Positions 60,592-64,000 of a stretch of DNA of 64,000 bases are shown in pieces (within the stretch, counting starts at the first letter, position 1; each line of letters begins with the position of its first letter). The stretch is from positions 1 through 64,000 of the forward strand of contig CAWVVV010000004.1 in NCBI GenBank assembly GCA_963933835.1, written 5' to 3'. The notes under the pieces were generated by a model. That model saw only the letters and a list, made by a program, of their open reading frames with translations, had not been told where the DNA came from and did not search any database. The DNA is from an uncultured Puniceicoccaceae bacterium. Its GTDB lineage: Bacteria > Verrucomicrobiota > Verrucomicrobiia > Opitutales > Oceanipulchritudinaceae. A program made the position numbers and the translations under genes.

Positions 60592-61464
60592 GTGGATAAC
60601 ACTTTCAAGTCGTCGCTCGAAAATCGCCTAAACTCATTGGAATTACTGATCGACGATCAGTCTCCCCGGGTGAGGGACTCGGTCATCGAAGAGATTAATC
60701 GCTTGGGCGAACCGGCGCATGCATAGCTTGAAAATCTAGCGCTTAGAGGTGATTCTGCGGTCGCAGATATTGCCGAAGAGATTCTGCGGGAAACCGCGGC
60801 TCCAGATGCCGAGGCAGCCTTTCGTCGTTATATCCGTGCGGGCAAATTTGACCTCGAGCAGGGGGCGATTCTGCTGCAGCGCTCCGTCCATCCGCGCCTT
60901 GACCCATCGAAGGTCTCGTCAGCGATCGATGCGATTGCTCTGCGGGTTCAGGATTTGATCGCGACCCCGACAACGCCTTCATTAATTATTCGGGCTCTAA
61001 ATCGAGTATTTTTTCACGAATTAGGGTATCGCAGTGAGCCTGATAACGAGCCTGATCCAGGCGCTGTATTATTAGGAGATGTGCTCGCCTTGCGTCGAGG
61101 AACCAACGTCTCGCTAACACTTATCTACATGCTGGTCGCGCGTAGGCTAGGAATGAAGCTCCAGCCAATCGTTTTGCCGAACTATATTTTCTTGGCTTAT
61201 CTAAGGGATAGAGAGCCTTTTCTCGTCGATCCATTTTCTAGGGGGCGCTTTTTCTCGTGGGAAGAAGCGCAGGCGATTTTGCCTATCGGCGTAATGGCTG
61301 AAACCCAACAGACATCAGAGAAGGCAACCAAACTGATCCTTCAAATGAGCTGCGAGAGTCTCGTCAGTATCTATAGCTCTAGGGGTGATCGCGATCGGTC
61401 GGACACTTTCGCGGGCTTTTGCGAAGAATTTAGCGAGACATCGCAGCAAAGTCGGGCATCCTAA
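60592..61464 (+). pseudogene. SirB1/transglutaminase-like protein with an in-frame TAG
   Basis: Frame from GTG 60592 (LELLIDDQSPRVR) to 61464 broken only by TAG at 60724-60726; DLEQGA, LNRVFFHELGY, DVLALRRG, VDPFSRG. Confidence 0.75.
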
Positions 61465-61470
61465 GAGGAT

Positions 61471-62397
61471 ATGGATTTCACATCGGGCGTTTTGCGCCTC
61501 GAAGACCTCGAAACAGTTCCCCTCCCAAAGGTGCCTTTGGCCGTGCTCGGCATGCCTGTGGCCCATTCGCTCAGCCCGGCAATTCATAATCCAGCTCTCG
61601 CCGCGCTTGCTCGTAGTGAACCGGAGTTTGCTGACTGGGGATATGTTCGCGTGGAAGTGCCGATTGATTTGCTTGAGGCAGCCATCCCAAAGCTTTTTGC
61701 ACGTGGTTTTCGGGGTTTGAATCTCACTTTGCCGCACAAGGTGCGTGCGCTTGAGCTTGTCCAAGACGTTGATCCATCCGTCGTGGCGATGGGTGCAGTG
61801 AATACTCTAGTGGCAACAGCTGATGGCTATAGCGCAACAAATACAGATGGTTTTGGAATCGCCCGCGCAGTCGAGACACAGCTCAAACGGCGGCTTTCTG
61901 ATACCGATGTGGTTCTCCTTGGAGCAGGTGGAGCGGCGCGTGCGATTACGGTTCAAGCGCTCGCGGACGGGGTGCCAAAACTCTGGATTGGAAACCGGAG
62001 CGAAACAAATCTCACTACACTGCTTCTCGAACTCAAAGAGGCGGATGTCGACCTCAGTAGGGTAGAGCCTTTTCTCTTTTCTCACGCTCCGAGTGATTTG
62101 CCGAGTGATGCTCTTTTAATAAACGCGACGCCCGCGGGGCTCAAGACGGATGATCTTCTTCCAATCGATCTTAGCTTCCTCGGTAATGACGGTGCGATCT
62201 ATGACACAACCTACGGAACACGCAACGGATGGGCGCGCTGGGCCGAAGAGCATGGACGGAGTTATGCTGATGGCTTGGGTATGTTGATCTACCAAGGGCA
62301 AAGAAGTCTTGAGATTTGGACAGGTCGAGAGGTTTCGGCAGAAGTAATGATGGCGTCCGGAAAGGCCGCTTTAGCAGAAAGGATTGGTGCAGCATGA
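61471..62397 (+). CDS. aroE: Shikimate dehydrogenase
   Basis: HSLSPAIHN, NLTLPHK, GAVNT, NTDGFG, GAGGAAR, NATP, DGLGML. Confidence 0.95.
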   Translation: MDFTSGVLRLEDLETVPLPKVPLAVLGMPVAHSLSPAIHNPALAALARSEPEFADWGYVRVEVPIDLLEAAIPKLFARGFRGLNLTLPHKVRALELVQDVDPSVVAMGAVNTLVATADGYSATNTDGFGIARAVETQLKRRLSDTDVVLLGAGGAARAITVQALADGVPKLWIGNRSETNLTTLLLELKEADVDLSRVEPFLFSHAPSDLPSDALLINATPAGLKTDDLLPIDLSFLGNDGAIYDTTYGTRNGWARWAEEHGRSYADGLGMLIYQGQRSLEIWTGREVSAEVMMASGKAALAERIGAA

Positions 62398-63284
62398 TCG
62401 AAGCATTCGTTGAAGTAAATACAGCTTTCCCGTGGTTCTTTGCCCTCGTTGCTGGCTCGTTTGGGGCCTGCGTCGGCAGTTTTCTGAATGTAGTGATTTA
62501 TCGACTACCGGCTGGGCGAAGTGTCGTTCATCCGGGTTCTGCCTGTGGATGTGGAACTGCGATCGCATGGTACGACAATATCCCCGTGCTTAGTTGGTGT
62601 TTGTTGGGTGGCCGAGCACGGTGTTGCAAGGCACGCTTCAGTGTCCGCTATCCTCTTGTCGAGGCGATGAACTCCTTTCTCTTTGTGGTGGCGTGGATGA
62701 GCTATCCTCCTCTCGTAGCGATTGTTATCTGCGTCTTCATTGGGCTCTTAGTTCCCGCTGCGATGATTGATCTGGATACGATGGAGATTCCTGATGTGTT
62801 TTCGATCGGCACCTTCGTTGTTGGCGTCATTTTGTCGATTGCAGTTCCAGCGCTCCATATCGCACCCGTCGGCCTCTTCGCGGTTGATTCGATGAATTCA
62901 TTTATCCAATGCCTCCTCGGGGCGTTTGTTGGATCTGGTCTCATTCTGTGGCTGGCTTTGCTCTCAGAGGTGGTGTTGCGCAAGGAGACAATGGGCTTTG
63001 GTGATGTGAAGCTGCTGGGTGCGATCGGGGCCTTTCTCGGTTGGCAAGGAGCGGTCTTCTCGCTCTTTGGCGGAGCGGTTTTTGGCACGCTTTTGATCAT
63101 CCCGATGCTCATCTTTCGGAAGAAGAAACAAGTGGTTCCAATCGATGATGCTGAAGAAGAAGGAGAGGGGCTTCGGATTCCTTTCGGTCCGGCTCTGGTG
63201 ATTGGTGCTCTCGTTTATGCCCTTTTGCTGCATGATTTTGTCGATAACTACTTTTTGCAGTTTTCTGAAGTTTTGAGCCTCTGA
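62394..63284 (+). CDS. pilD: Prepilin peptidase / N-methyltransferase
   Basis: GSFLNVVIYRLP, WYDNIP, RYPLVE, MID, MGFGDVKL, IPFGP; ATGA overlap with aroE. Confidence 0.93.
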   Translation: MIEAFVEVNTAFPWFFALVAGSFGACVGSFLNVVIYRLPAGRSVVHPGSACGCGTAIAWYDNIPVLSWCLLGGRARCCKARFSVRYPLVEAMNSFLFVVAWMSYPPLVAIVICVFIGLLVPAAMIDLDTMEIPDVFSIGTFVVGVILSIAVPALHIAPVGLFAVDSMNSFIQCLLGAFVGSGLILWLALLSEVVLRKETMGFGDVKLLGAIGAFLGWQGAVFSLFGGAVFGTLLIIPMLIFRKKKQVVPIDDAEEEGEGLRIPFGPALVIGALVYALLLHDFVDNYFLQFSEVLSL

Positions 63285-63285
63285 A

Positions 63286-64000
63286 ATGTTTCTCACGATT
63301 TCTCGACTTTCTTTGGTCTTCCTCTCGATCACGGTTGCGCATCTCGGTGCTGAGCCGATGCAGTGGCCAACGCCTTATCCAAGTGATGCGCTAGCCGTCG
63401 GGGATCTAGACTGGGGGCAGCCCACGATCAGTGGGCGGCAAATTTCTGCGACCTTTGGCTGTGTTCGGAATGAGGGGGCGAAGTTTCATGAAGGACTCGA
63501 TATTCGGCCCTATTTGAGTCGCCGAAATGGAGAGGCGACGGATGCGGTGAGCGCTGCGTGGGCGGGTGAAGTTGTCTACATCAACAGGCGTTCCGCGACG
63601 AGTTCCTACGGACACTATGTCGTCGTCGAGCACGACCAATTTTCTCCAGCAGTGGTTACGCTCTATGCGCATTTGGCTACAATTGATTCTAAGCTTAAGA
63701 TTGGGAGTCAATTGCGTGCAGGAAGCCGAATAGGAAAAATGGGGCGTAGTGCTGGTGGATACACGATCCCAAAGCAAAGAGCGCATTTACATTTTGAAAT
63801 CGCTTTGCGCCTTAGCGATGGCTTTCAGGCATGGTATGATGTGAGGAAGTTTGGTAACGAGAACGATCACAGTATCTGGAATGGGATGAATCTTGTCGGG
63901 CTTGATCCTTGGGCGGCATGGCACTGGTTGAAAGAGAATCCAACCCGCGACATTGGGGACTATACACGCACGCTTATGCCCGGCTTTATCATGGAGATCG
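63286..64000 (+). CDS. M23-family metallopeptidase (runs off the window end)
   Basis: Manual translation: signal peptide, FGCVRN..FHEGLD (HxxxD), YGHYVVVEH, LYAHL, HLHFEI; no stop in the window. Confidence 0.9.
   Translation, partial: MFLTISRLSLVFLSITVAHLGAEPMQWPTPYPSDALAVGDLDWGQPTISGRQISATFGCVRNEGAKFHEGLDIRPYLSRRNGEATDAVSAAWAGEVVYINRRSATSSYGHYVVVEHDQFSPAVVTLYAHLATIDSKLKIGSQLRAGSRIGKMGRSAGGYTIPKQRAHLHFEIALRLSDGFQAWYDVRKFGNENDHSIWNGMNLVGLDPWAAWHWLKENPTRDIGDYTRTLMPGFIMEI

Noticed and set aside
60724..60726. Pyrrolysine or genome-wide amber recoding
   Set aside because: TAG ends many core genes here (clpP, ruvA, ctaE) and no pyl genes are visible

Overview
Bacterial chromosome window, most likely Verrucomicrobiota (Opitutales/Puniceicoccaceae-like). 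The taxonomy is inferred from a PEP-CTERM remnant, a CotH/lamin-tail protein with a Trp-rich domain and the gene content. Positions 1-12.5 kb form a variable region abutting the 3' end of an atypical initiator-type tRNA-Met. It holds a candidate sulfated-polysaccharide cluster (BNR-4/PL25-like propeller, GH39-like hydrolase, sulfatase), a hairpin MITE-like element, a PAS-PP2C phosphatase, an rve-type transposase plus a CotH gene enclosed by ~115-bp direct repeats, and a dead GIY-YIG gene. The rest is mostly core genome: fumA, tig-clpP-clpX, a hybrid kinase, dapA-dapB-ruvA, a pilT-family gene, typA, two SF2 helicases, hpt, phoX, trxA, scpA, lptD, LPS glycosyltransferases, a complete caa3-type oxidase locus, hemY, LysR, yggS, aroE, pilD and an M23 peptidase. 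The most notable observations are: (i) a dispersed GCAAAAAAGGGGTCA motif at junctions between unrelated truncated gene fragments, one copy next to a RAYT transposase remnant; (ii) a ~58-aa His-rich, PilC-N-like insertion in oxidase subunit III; (iii) a very small Mini-III-like RNase; (iv) a chimeric deletion gene; (v) two genes broken by single lesions. No CRISPR array or rRNA was seen. All product calls are by motif recognition only; no database searches were run.
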